Source: Spirochaetaceae bacterium (GTDB lineage Bacteria > Spirochaetota > Spirochaetia > Treponematales > Treponemataceae). Taken from it: 64,000 nucleotides of DNA. Both the position numbers and the translations under genes were made by a program. Under the pieces are notes generated by a model. It was given only the letters and a program-made list of their open reading frames with translations, made no database searches and was not told the origin of the DNA. The stretch lies in the NCBI GenBank assembly GCA_017622135.1, contig JAGARR010000053.1:39340-103339 (forward strand). The letters are read 5' to 3'. Of the stretch, positions 9,948 to 18,130 are shown piece by piece (the stretch's first letter is position 1; each line of letters starts with the position of its first letter).

Positions 9948-9976
9948 TTTACAACTCCTAAAATAATCTGTATAAT
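9948..9976 (+). promoter_or_regulatory. Sigma-70 promoter candidate for flaB-2 (TTTACA, 17-bp spacer, TATAAT)
   Basis: Near-consensus hexamers with a 17-bp spacer, about 220 nt upstream of ATG 10197. Confidence 0.5.
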
Positions 9977-10152
9977 AATAAAAGATTTAGGTATGAATTT
10001 AGACATGCCGTTCGATCTTTGACACTTACTTTCCATGTTGTCTATGACAGTATGAACAGACATAGTCTCAGACCATGTCTCTTTATGCTGATGGGTCTAA
10101 AACAGTAAGGAAGGCGCAACTCTTTGCTGGCCACATGGGCATAAAATAAATT

Positions 10153-10171
10153 GAGGACAGGGAATGTCCTC
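10153..10171 (+). promoter_or_regulatory. 5'-UTR hairpin presenting GGA in its loop (candidate CsrA site) upstream of flaB-2
   Basis: Stem GAGGACA/TGTCCTC with loop GGGAA. A second GGA lies in the SD ATGGAGGG (10184-10191). Confidence 0.4.
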
Positions 10172-10196
10172 GTGTATTATCACATGGAGGGTAAAC

Positions 10197-11051
10197 ATGA
10201 TTATTAATCACAACATGAGTTCTATGTACGCCAATCGTACACTGGGTGTTTCAAATGCACAGATTCAGGGCAACATAGAGAAACTCAGTTCTGGTCAGCG
10301 CATAAACAGAGCTGGCGATGATGCTTCAGGATTGGCTGTATCTGAGAAGATGCGGTCACAGATTCGTGGTTTGAATCAGGCTGAAAGAAATATCCAGAAT
10401 GGTGTTTCCTTCATCCAGACTACAGAAGGTTATCTCCAGGAGACCACCGACATTCTGCAGCGCATTCGTGAGCTCGCAGTACAGTCTGCTAACGGTATCT
10501 ACACAGATGAGGATCGCATGCAGATTCAGGTTGAGGTTTCCCAGCTCATTTCTGAGGTGGACCGCATCGCAAGTCAGGCTCAGTTCAACGGAATGAACAT
10601 GCTTACCGGTGCTTTCGCAACAGATTCTGCATCAAACCGCATAATGCAGCTGCAGATTGGCGCAAACATGGATCAGAATGCACGTGTGTACATCGGTACC
10701 ATGACTGCTCAGGCACTTGGCCTGGTTGGTGCTCAGGGTTCAGACGAGAGTATCGCCATCAATTCCCCCGAAGCTGCCAACGTGGCCATCGGATCTGTTG
10801 ATGCCGCCCTCAAGGCCGTTTCAAGACAGCGCGCCGACTTGGGAGCATACCAGAATCGCTTTGAGATGGCAGCAAATGGTGTTGCAATCGCAGCCGAAAA
10901 CCTGCAGGCAGCCGAGTCTCGCATCCGCGACACAGACATGGCTTCTGAAATGGTGGAGTACACCAAGAACCAGATCCTGACACAGGCAGGAACTGCAATG
11001 CTGGCTCAGGCTAACGTACAGTCACAGAACGTATTGGCTCTGTTGAGTTAA
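10197..11051 (+). CDS. flaB: Flagellar filament core flagellin FlaB (copy 2)
   Basis: Start taken at ATG 10197 ([16 protein letters not shown]...), which follows GGAGGG. Paralogous to copy 1 along its whole length. Confidence 0.95.
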   Translation: MIINHNMSSMYANRTLGVSNAQIQGNIEKLSSGQRINRAGDDASGLAVSEKMRSQIRGLNQAERNIQNGVSFIQTTEGYLQETTDILQRIRELAVQSANGIYTDEDRMQIQVEVSQLISEVDRIASQAQFNGMNMLTGAFATDSASNRIMQLQIGANMDQNARVYIGTMTAQALGLVGAQGSDESIAINSPEAANVAIGSVDAALKAVSRQRADLGAYQNRFEMAANGVAIAAENLQAAESRIRDTDMASEMVEYTKNQILTQAGTAMLAQANVQSQNVLALLS

Positions 11052-11102
11052 GCAATACCTCATCAAAGAGATCTCTGGATGTCATCTTTTTGGTGAAAAA
11101 CG

Positions 11103-11138
11103 AACCAGGAGAGGTGCGCCCCTCTCCTGGTTTTATTT
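11103..11138 (+). terminator. Rho-independent terminator after flaB-2
   Basis: Stem AACCAGGAGAGG/CCTCTCCTGGTT followed by TTTTATTT. Confidence 0.6.
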
Positions 11139-11149
11139 AGGAGGAGCCC

Positions 11150-11518
11150 ATGAGTGGAATTCAATCGTTCGGGCGGAATTTGGCAATGGATGGCCAGCCT
11201 TACTTTTCACCTCATCGTGTACCCACTGGTAGTAGCCAGCAGGTTCATATTCCTGTTAGCGAAATGCCAGATGTGGCTGCTACCCTTGCTGATAATCTCG
11301 CTAAAGCTAGAACCGATGTACAGCAATTGCAAAAAGTTGCTGATACGATGGGTAAGAAAATTCGATTTAACGTCAATGAAGAACTTGGACAAGTTGTTGT
11401 CAAGATTGTCGATCCTTCAACCGATAAGGTATTAAGGGAGATACCGTCTGAAGATATGCAACAACTCCGAATCACAATCAGGCACACCATCGGGCTGCTG
11501 GTTGACGAGGTAGTTTAA
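11150..11518 (+). CDS. flaG: FlaG family flagellar protein
   Basis: 122 aa with the C-terminal pattern ELGQVVVKIVDPSTDKVLREIPSEDMQQL typical of FlaG. Sits directly upstream of fliD. Confidence 0.85.
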   Translation: MSGIQSFGRNLAMDGQPYFSPHRVPTGSSQQVHIPVSEMPDVAATLADNLAKARTDVQQLQKVADTMGKKIRFNVNEELGQVVVKIVDPSTDKVLREIPSEDMQQLRITIRHTIGLLVDEVV

Positions 11519-11545
11519 AGGCATCTCGTCGGGCATAGGTGAGCA

Positions 11546-13633
11546 ATGGCTGGAATCAGTATACCCGGTGTTGGTGACAAATACAAAACAAACGACCTCA
11601 TAGAAGCCCTCATCAATCAGGAGAAGCTTCCACTGGAACGGGAGCAGAAAACCCTTGATGGATATAAGGTGCAGAAGGATGCGTTGCGGAGCATCAATCA
11701 GAATATGTCCTCCTTGCGCGAAAGTGTCCGTGGCTTGTATTCCTTTGACAATCCCTTCAACGACAAGTTGGGCATCTCCTCCGATGAGGACGCTATATCC
11801 GCCGATCCGGGGCGGAATGCGGCCTTTGACTCCTTCAAAGTCGATGTGCTCCAACCTGCTACTACAGACCGATTCCTATCTAAAGAAATTTCCAATAGTT
11901 ATAGGGTTGAGGCAGGAAATTATATCTTCAAATCCGGGGAAAAGAGTGTCAATATGAACTGGAAGGGTGGAACCCTCAAGGATTTTATATCCTCCCTTAA
12001 CAAGCGCAGCAAGGACATTGTGAAAGGAACATTGGTAGGTGTTTCACCTGGCAAACAAGCCCTGATGATTGAGTCCATGCAGACAGGAGAGGAAAACCGC
12101 CTTGTCTTTGAGGGGGATGCACTGGATTTTGCCAAGGAAATTGGAATGATCCAGAAGGTTCAACCCCAAGGCACTCCCCTCTCCTCTGCCAATTCTATAA
12201 AAGAGGCTCCAGTCAACACACGTTCCATTTCTACTACAGAGGAGCAGGTTGGAATGCCGGCATTGTCTTCCAGCGGAGTGAAGGTGGAGGACGGCAAGAT
12301 TATCGTGCCACCCCGGGGCAGTTTTTCTATTCCAGTTCCGTCGAATATCGCCTCGGATCCAAACCAGTACATCCAGTTTTCCATCGGACAGATGGACGTT
12401 GCAGACATTACCACAGGATTGAACGAGGCAGCCCAAGGGCCTGTTCTTCCCAGTGCAGGAGGCATCAACTTTAAGGGAATTCGAGTGGACAACATCCAGT
12501 CGGACACAACCCTGGGTAGCAACCAAGCTACTGTACCGAAGAATCCCCTGACACCAATCAGCAACGATCAGATTGTGTCTATCAGGATGAGAGACGGTAC
12601 CGAAATTGAGGTGCCCCATCAGCAGGGAGAGACGAATGAGGATGGCAGCAAGCAGGTTTCTATCCAAGTTTCAGACTATCCCGATATAGACTCAATTGTT
12701 GTGCGGAACAGGAATACCGGCAAGGAACTGACCCTCAGTACCATCGAGTCTTTCAACAAGAATGCTGACTTGGGCTTTGAGCCCATCAATCCCGCCAGCA
12801 TCGCCCAAGATGCAAAGCTCAAATATGAGGGAATAACCATTACTCGCCCCACCAATGAGATTGACGACATCGTTCCTGACGTGACATTGCGGGTTAAGCA
12901 GAAGACGGAGAAAACCGCCACCATCGACATCAAGCCTAATACCGAGACTGCCAAGGAAGCCCTCATCACCTTTGTGGGAACCTACAACCAGGTAATGGCA
13001 GAGATAAATGTGCTGACCCAGACAAAGGAAGAGATTATCTCCGAGCTGGAATACCTTTCCGATGAGGAAGTGGAAAAGTATCAGGAATGGCTGGGGCTGT
13101 TTCAAAGCGACTTTTCATTGAAAAACGGAAAGAGTGCCATGCAGACCATCGTCGCATCCCCTTACATTGTAGAGGTAAACAAGGAGATATCCATGCTTTC
13201 CCAGATGGGAATTTCCACCAGTGCCGACAACTATGCAGGATATTCAGCCAGCAGGTTGCTGGGATACCTTGAGATAAACGAGGGGGAGCTGGACAAGGCA
13301 CTGGAAAACAATTTGCTTGAGATAAAGAACATTTTTGGCTATGATACTGATGGTGATATGGTCATCGACAGCGGCATTGCCTTCCAGCTGGATCACCGGC
13401 TCCAGAGTTTTGTCCAGTCGGGGGGCATTTTTTCCGCAAAGATCTCTGGTCTGGATACGAGAATTGCCAGTTCTGAGACACGTATAGAAAAGCTGGAGAC
13501 ACAGATTGAGGCTAAGGAACAGGAATTGAAGAAGAAATACGGACAGATGGAGTCGACGCTGAACAGTCTTGAGGCCCAATCAGAATCCATTACTAATAGC
13601 TTTAGCAATTTGAACGGTAATAAGTCCAAATAA
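11546..13633 (+). CDS. fliD: Flagellar filament cap protein FliD (hook-associated protein 2)
   Basis: 695 aa. N-terminal GISIPGVG...LIEALINQEKLPLE...L and a C-terminal coiled coil with IEKLETQIEAKEQELKKKYGQMESTL, both typical of FliD. Confidence 0.9.
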   Translation: MAGISIPGVGDKYKTNDLIEALINQEKLPLEREQKTLDGYKVQKDALRSINQNMSSLRESVRGLYSFDNPFNDKLGISSDEDAISADPGRNAAFDSFKVDVLQPATTDRFLSKEISNSYRVEAGNYIFKSGEKSVNMNWKGGTLKDFISSLNKRSKDIVKGTLVGVSPGKQALMIESMQTGEENRLVFEGDALDFAKEIGMIQKVQPQGTPLSSANSIKEAPVNTRSISTTEEQVGMPALSSSGVKVEDGKIIVPPRGSFSIPVPSNIASDPNQYIQFSIGQMDVADITTGLNEAAQGPVLPSAGGINFKGIRVDNIQSDTTLGSNQATVPKNPLTPISNDQIVSIRMRDGTEIEVPHQQGETNEDGSKQVSIQVSDYPDIDSIVVRNRNTGKELTLSTIESFNKNADLGFEPINPASIAQDAKLKYEGITITRPTNEIDDIVPDVTLRVKQKTEKTATIDIKPNTETAKEALITFVGTYNQVMAEINVLTQTKEEIISELEYLSDEEVEKYQEWLGLFQSDFSLKNGKSAMQTIVASPYIVEVNKEISMLSQMGISTSADNYAGYSASRLLGYLEINEGELDKALENNLLEIKNIFGYDTDGDMVIDSGIAFQLDHRLQSFVQSGGIFSAKISGLDTRIASSETRIEKLETQIEAKEQELKKKYGQMESTLNSLEAQSESITNSFSNLNGNKSK

Positions 13634-13645
13634 TGGGGGTAAACA

Positions 13646-14239
13646 GTGAAAATATACATCAACGGACAGGAAGCAGATATTACCCTTGACACGGAGCGAA
13701 ATCTTGGAGATGTGCTGAAATCCTTCGAGATGGAGTGCGAAAGAAACAATGCTACAACCATCAATATTGTTGTGAACGGCCAGGAACTGTTGGCAAATGA
13801 GTTTGACACAATCATACTAAAGTCTATTGAGGAAATCGAGACTCTAGAGCTGACTACAATTACAGAGAATGACGTGCTGGCCTCTCTGCAGGATATTGGG
13901 GAGCGCTTCTGTCAGATTGTTGATGACTTGAAGATGATTTCTGTCCAATTCCAGAATGGACATGACAAGCAAGCCTTTGCCACAGTGACAAAGCTGGCGG
14001 ACAATGTGGATTATTTCTGCAAGGCAACAGCCTTGTCTTCCCTTTTTCCAGAGCGTTTTGTCAATATGGACGTGGAAGGCGTAAAGGTACAGGATTTCTT
14101 TGCAGATTTTTCGTCAGTCCTGGCTGAATTTGAGGAAGCCTTCAAGAATTCTGATTCGATTATGCTGGGAGACCTTGCCGAATATGAGATTACGCCAAGG
14201 ATTGAGTCCATCGTTGCAATGATAAACACTTTGAGCTAA
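13646..14239 (+). CDS. Hypothetical protein in the flagellar filament cluster
   Basis: 197-aa ORF with a GTG start, 12 nt after fliD. No motif I recognise, and it does not look like FliS. Confidence 0.55.
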   Translation: MKIYINGQEADITLDTERNLGDVLKSFEMECERNNATTINIVVNGQELLANEFDTIILKSIEEIETLELTTITENDVLASLQDIGERFCQIVDDLKMISVQFQNGHDKQAFATVTKLADNVDYFCKATALSSLFPERFVNMDVEGVKVQDFFADFSSVLAEFEEAFKNSDSIMLGDLAEYEITPRIESIVAMINTLS

Positions 14240-14265
14240 TAGTATACCCAAATTGGAGTTTTAGG

Positions 14266-14532
14266 ATGCAGATATTAAAATTAAATGACGTAAAAAAGAG
14301 TGAGGGTGTAATATATTATCGCCGACAGTACACCGCAGAAGCGGAAATTGAACTGCCAAACTGTGTGGACAAGATTCCCATCTCATTTATCATCGAGACG
14401 GGTCCCTTGGGGGACAAGCAGTTCGACTTGGAGTTTGACCCTTACAAAGTCAACTATCCCTTCATCCCCATCAAAAAAGCCCTAAAAGAATATATCCTCA
14501 ACATTGACCAGATGGGAGCCCTTCCCCTATGA
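14266..14532 (+). CDS. Hypothetical small protein
   Basis: 88-aa ORF whose stop overlaps the tsaE start by 4 nt (translational coupling). Confidence 0.5.
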   Translation: MQILKLNDVKKSEGVIYYRRQYTAEAEIELPNCVDKIPISFIIETGPLGDKQFDLEFDPYKVNYPFIPIKKALKEYILNIDQMGALPL

Positions 14533-14963
14533 CCTTTGTCACCCATTCAGCTGAGGAAACCATTCAGCTGGGAAAAAAGATTGGTTCCATGCTACAGCCA
14601 GGTGCAATAATTGCCATGGAAGGAAATCTGGCGGTAGGAAAGACCACCATTACCAAGGGAATTGCCGAGTCGCTGGGCATTGAAGAAGCCATAACAAGTC
14701 CTACCTTTACCTTAATTTCTGAATATGAGGGAAAAATGCCCCTCTACCACATGGACGTGTACAGACTTGATTCCTGTGAGGATTTCATCAACCTTGGTGT
14801 TGAGGATCTGATGTATGGAGATGGGGTGAGCATCATCGAATGGAGCGAGCGCGTGCGGGAGGAACTACCTAAATTCACCATTACACTGCGCCTAGAGATT
14901 CGTGGGGATGGAGGAAGAGACATTACACTTGAAAACTGGCCCTACGGAGAAATACAAGAATGA
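14529..14963 (+). CDS. tsaE: tRNA t6A37 biosynthesis ATPase TsaE
   Basis: Motifs GNLAVGKTT, TSPTFTL and LYHMDVYRL. Confidence 0.9.
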   Translation: MTFVTHSAEETIQLGKKIGSMLQPGAIIAMEGNLAVGKTTITKGIAESLGIEEAITSPTFTLISEYEGKMPLYHMDVYRLDSCEDFINLGVEDLMYGDGVSIIEWSERVREELPKFTITLRLEIRGDGGRDITLENWPYGEIQE

Positions 14964-15628
14964 AGGCTCTAGCAATAGATTCAGCTGTACCATGCATCAG
15001 TCTGGCAGCCTGTAACCAGCAGAAGAAGGCCTCGGTCACATTGGACATCGGAATGAGGCAGTCAGAAAAGCTCGTTCCAGCCATAGCGTATGTGTTGGAG
15101 CAGGTTGACCTTCAGCCTACAGACCTAGAGCTCATTGCATTGAGTGGTGGCCCCGGTTCCTTTACCGGTTTACGCCTGGGATTTGCTGCCGCCAAGGGAT
15201 TGCAACTTTCCACAGGCTGTCCCGTCTATTCAATTCCTACCTTGGAAGCACAGGCGCTGCCCTATTCATGCTGGCCGGGAGTCGTTGTTTCCGCCATAGA
15301 TGCAAAGAAGGATAGGTTTTACGTCCAATTCTTTTCAAATGGTAAAAAACAATCAGAACCAATGGATGCCGAGATAGAGGAGATTGTCCAGACAATTGGT
15401 TCCCAAGAAGCCTTGATTGTTGGTCCCGACAGTCTTGTCCTTCATAACAGGCTCAAGGCCCAAGACAACAATCTGCGGCTTCATCGTCTGCCAGACCTGT
15501 CATCTTCCATTACCGACGCATTGTTTTCCATGGCACAGAAGGCCTATGAACGGCAAGAAGCCCAACTGGAACCATATCAAGGGCCCATTTATCTGAGAAA
15601 GAGTGAGGCTGAGGAAAACCAGCGGTAA
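14960..15628 (+). CDS. tsaB: tRNA t6A37 biosynthesis protein TsaB
   Basis: MKALAIDSA... and GPGSFTGLRLG, the YeaZ-type signature. 4-nt overlap with tsaE. Confidence 0.88.
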   Translation: MKALAIDSAVPCISLAACNQQKKASVTLDIGMRQSEKLVPAIAYVLEQVDLQPTDLELIALSGGPGSFTGLRLGFAAAKGLQLSTGCPVYSIPTLEAQALPYSCWPGVVVSAIDAKKDRFYVQFFSNGKKQSEPMDAEIEEIVQTIGSQEALIVGPDSLVLHNRLKAQDNNLRLHRLPDLSSSITDALFSMAQKAYERQEAQLEPYQGPIYLRKSEAEENQR

Positions 15629-15631
15629 GGG

Positions 15632-15670
15632 AAAGCTGTCATGACGATTGGGTCATGGCAGCTTTTTTTT
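15632..15670. terminator. Hairpin terminator between convergent tsaB and the lipoprotein gene
   Basis: Stem AAAGCTGTCATGAC/GTCATGGCAGCTTT with one mismatch, followed by T8 on the plus strand. Confidence 0.7.
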
Positions 15671-17798
15671 ACCTGATGTCAAAGTAGAATCGACTCAGAT
15701 AGGTAAACCTATTCTTCGCACGCTTCCAGAAGGGGCTTTGTGGATAGGAATCCACCACATGCTTATAGGCCTTCTGCGCTTCCTTGATATTTCGAATGGA
15801 TGACTTTGACTCCAGAACCTGTCCCTTGAGGTAATAGGCTGCATCAAAGTCATTTACCGCAATGGCAAAGAACTGGTTGAGGTAATCCAGTGAGGCAGAA
15901 TAATCCTCGGCATAGAAACATTCCTGGGCCTTGGCCAGCAAGGCATCCTGCTCCTCCAAACGGCGCTCCAGTTGGTTCTGCCGCTCCGAGGAGTCGGCTT
16001 CAGATTGAGCGGAACCAGCCTGCTGGATGTCAGCGGTTCTTTGGCGCTCAAGCTCCTCCTGCACCCAAGGGAGCTGAAGGTCTTCCATAGACATACCTGT
16101 CTGGGGATTGTAATTACTGGGAGCAGAAGCAGTTGAAGAGGCACTTTCTGGCTGATATATTTCCTGCTGTCGAACAGCTGAAACATCGGGCTGAGATTGG
16201 ATAGCCTGGCTGGGGACAGGAACAGCATCCCGAGGAGGAACAATCTGTAGAGCGCCAACCTGGTTCTGGACAGGTTCCTGTGAAAGCTGGCTGTCAGCCT
16301 GAACAATACCGGTGACGGGAGCCTGCTGATTTGTAGCCGGTACTGCAGTACTCGTGTCAGACGGTGTATCAGTGGTGCTGGAATCCACAGGACGAGTTTC
16401 CACTGTGGGGGGCTGGGTGATGGAGGAATCAGCTGTGGTGGCAGGACTAGAGGAGTCCGCGACAGCAACCCATTGTTGGGCTTGAGCAACAGTGGCATCA
16501 CCAGCAGCTTTTGTACCATCGGTAGCTGAAGGGTCAGCAGATACTGCGGATGTAGGACTGGCAGGAACATTATATGTTGAACTAGCAGAAGCCATATCAG
16601 TGGTAGAAGGAGCTACAGGTTCTGGAACTTTGGGTGTAGAAACCTCTGGTTCAGAAACTATGGATGGCTCTTGTTCCACTGCTGCCAGCATCTCTTGGGA
16701 TGGCTCTGCTTGCACATAGTCGGAGGGCTTGGGGACGATATCCTGATAGCCGGGTATCACAGAGTCGTAGTTGGGAGCTATAACACGAGAACCTGTCTGG
16801 GCTACCCTGTCGGTGATAGTCACCTGAACAAAATCATCGATGAAGGTGGCAGTCAGCACATCCTGCTTGTAGAAATGAAGGATTGTAGATCCAGACTTAA
16901 TGGACCGAAGGGTAAAATTGGTGTCATTGCTGGTGCGACGACGACCAAAATACGTGAAATTTGGAGTTCCGATGGAAAGTCCCTCCGTTGTCACCTCACC
17001 GAGATATACCCAGCCATTGCCTGGATACCGCAGGTCAAGGAACTGCTGGTTGTCCATGATGATTGTGCGGGAAGGCTCCACAGGAGTAACAACCCCTTGT
17101 ATTGCGTTAACATCAATGGGAGATGCTTCTTCTGGAACAAACTCCTCCGGTTGAGAATCAGACTGTTCCTGGGAAACAATTTCTGGAATGGCAGCATCCT
17201 CCGTCTCAACAAGAAGGGACTCATCTTCCATAATCGGTGCTTCAGTCGGGGACTCAAGCTCCCCAGCATCAGGAACGGCAGTGTCCACCACTTCCTCCAC
17301 AACAAGTGCTAGCTCATCATCTGGCTGTGGCAGCGGCTCAAGAACAGGCTCCACTCCTTCATTGGCGGGGGTCTCCACCACCAGGGCTACCTCAGGCTCA
17401 TCGACCATACTCTGTGGATCATCAATAACCATGGCCATATTTTCCAGGTCATCCATAAAAGGAGCCTGTTGCTGGTCTAAATCTATAATTTCAATTTCCT
17501 GCAGATACTCTGTCTCTTCCAGAGGAACGACATCGTCCAAAGCACTCTCTTCCAGCTCAAGGAATTCAGTGGTGGGGAAAACCTCGGAGGAACCATCCTC
17601 CAAGGAGCCATCTTCCAAGGAAGTATCCCCTCCCTCCTGAACAGTCTGTTCTTCCAAGGCAGCGACTTCTTCTGGCTGGACTCCATCTGTAGTGACGGAT
17701 TCAGTTGGAGCCACATCCTCATGATGTTCTGAAGGTGGCGTGGAGGAACAGGAAATCATCAAAAGACAAAGGATGAGACAGTATGGAATATACTTCAA
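15669..17798 (-). CDS. Large acidic, Ser/Thr/Pro-rich lipoprotein with a C-terminal TPR-like domain
   Basis: 709 aa. Lipobox LLMISCSS, long D/E-rich and S/T/P/Q-rich low-complexity stretches including LEDGSLEDGS, and a helical-repeat C-terminus. Confidence 0.75.
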   Translation of the reverse strand: MKYIPYCLILCLLMISCSSTPPSEHHEDVAPTESVTTDGVQPEEVAALEEQTVQEGGDTSLEDGSLEDGSSEVFPTTEFLELEESALDDVVPLEETEYLQEIEIIDLDQQQAPFMDDLENMAMVIDDPQSMVDEPEVALVVETPANEGVEPVLEPLPQPDDELALVVEEVVDTAVPDAGELESPTEAPIMEDESLLVETEDAAIPEIVSQEQSDSQPEEFVPEEASPIDVNAIQGVVTPVEPSRTIIMDNQQFLDLRYPGNGWVYLGEVTTEGLSIGTPNFTYFGRRRTSNDTNFTLRSIKSGSTILHFYKQDVLTATFIDDFVQVTITDRVAQTGSRVIAPNYDSVIPGYQDIVPKPSDYVQAEPSQEMLAAVEQEPSIVSEPEVSTPKVPEPVAPSTTDMASASSTYNVPASPTSAVSADPSATDGTKAAGDATVAQAQQWVAVADSSSPATTADSSITQPPTVETRPVDSSTTDTPSDTSTAVPATNQQAPVTGIVQADSQLSQEPVQNQVGALQIVPPRDAVPVPSQAIQSQPDVSAVRQQEIYQPESASSTASAPSNYNPQTGMSMEDLQLPWVQEELERQRTADIQQAGSAQSEADSSERQNQLERRLEEQDALLAKAQECFYAEDYSASLDYLNQFFAIAVNDFDAAYYLKGQVLESKSSIRNIKEAQKAYKHVVDSYPQSPFWKRAKNRFTYLSRFYFDIR

Positions 17799-18130
17799 GG
17801 AGCCACCTCCAGCAAATCGGAAATAACAGCATCATTGGCTGCCTGGAGGGAATCCAGCAGCTCTTTGTCAGGGGGACTAAACCACCTTTCTATGTCATCC
17901 TCCGTCCAAACATAGTCCTTTGGCCGCACCAGATGGTACTCATCAGGCATGGACGGAGGCTGTGGAGCCACCAGGGGCTGATGGAGAATTATGGAATCAT
18001 CGAATACAATGTTTTTCTTTCCAAAAAAAGTGCCATCTCCCACCAAGATAATTATAACAGCAATGAGAAAAAATGCTAGTAGAATCACTATGCCGATCTT
18101 GGCGAATTTTGGAATGTCAATCCTGCTCAT
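17795..18130 (-). CDS. Small single-pass membrane protein
   Basis: 111 aa with one hydrophobic helix (IGIVILLAFFLIAVIIILV). Overlaps both neighbouring genes, so it appears operonic with smc. Confidence 0.6.
   Translation of the reverse strand: MSRIDIPKFAKIGIVILLAFFLIAVIIILVGDGTFFGKKNIVFDDSIILHQPLVAPQPPSMPDEYHLVRPKDYVWTEDDIERWFSPPDKELLDSLQAANDAVISDLLEVAP

Noticed and set aside
9925-10196. A sigma-28 promoter for flaB-2.
   Set aside because: There is no CGATA-type -10 element in the 270-bp upstream region. A near-consensus sigma-70 promoter (9948-9976) explains expression better.
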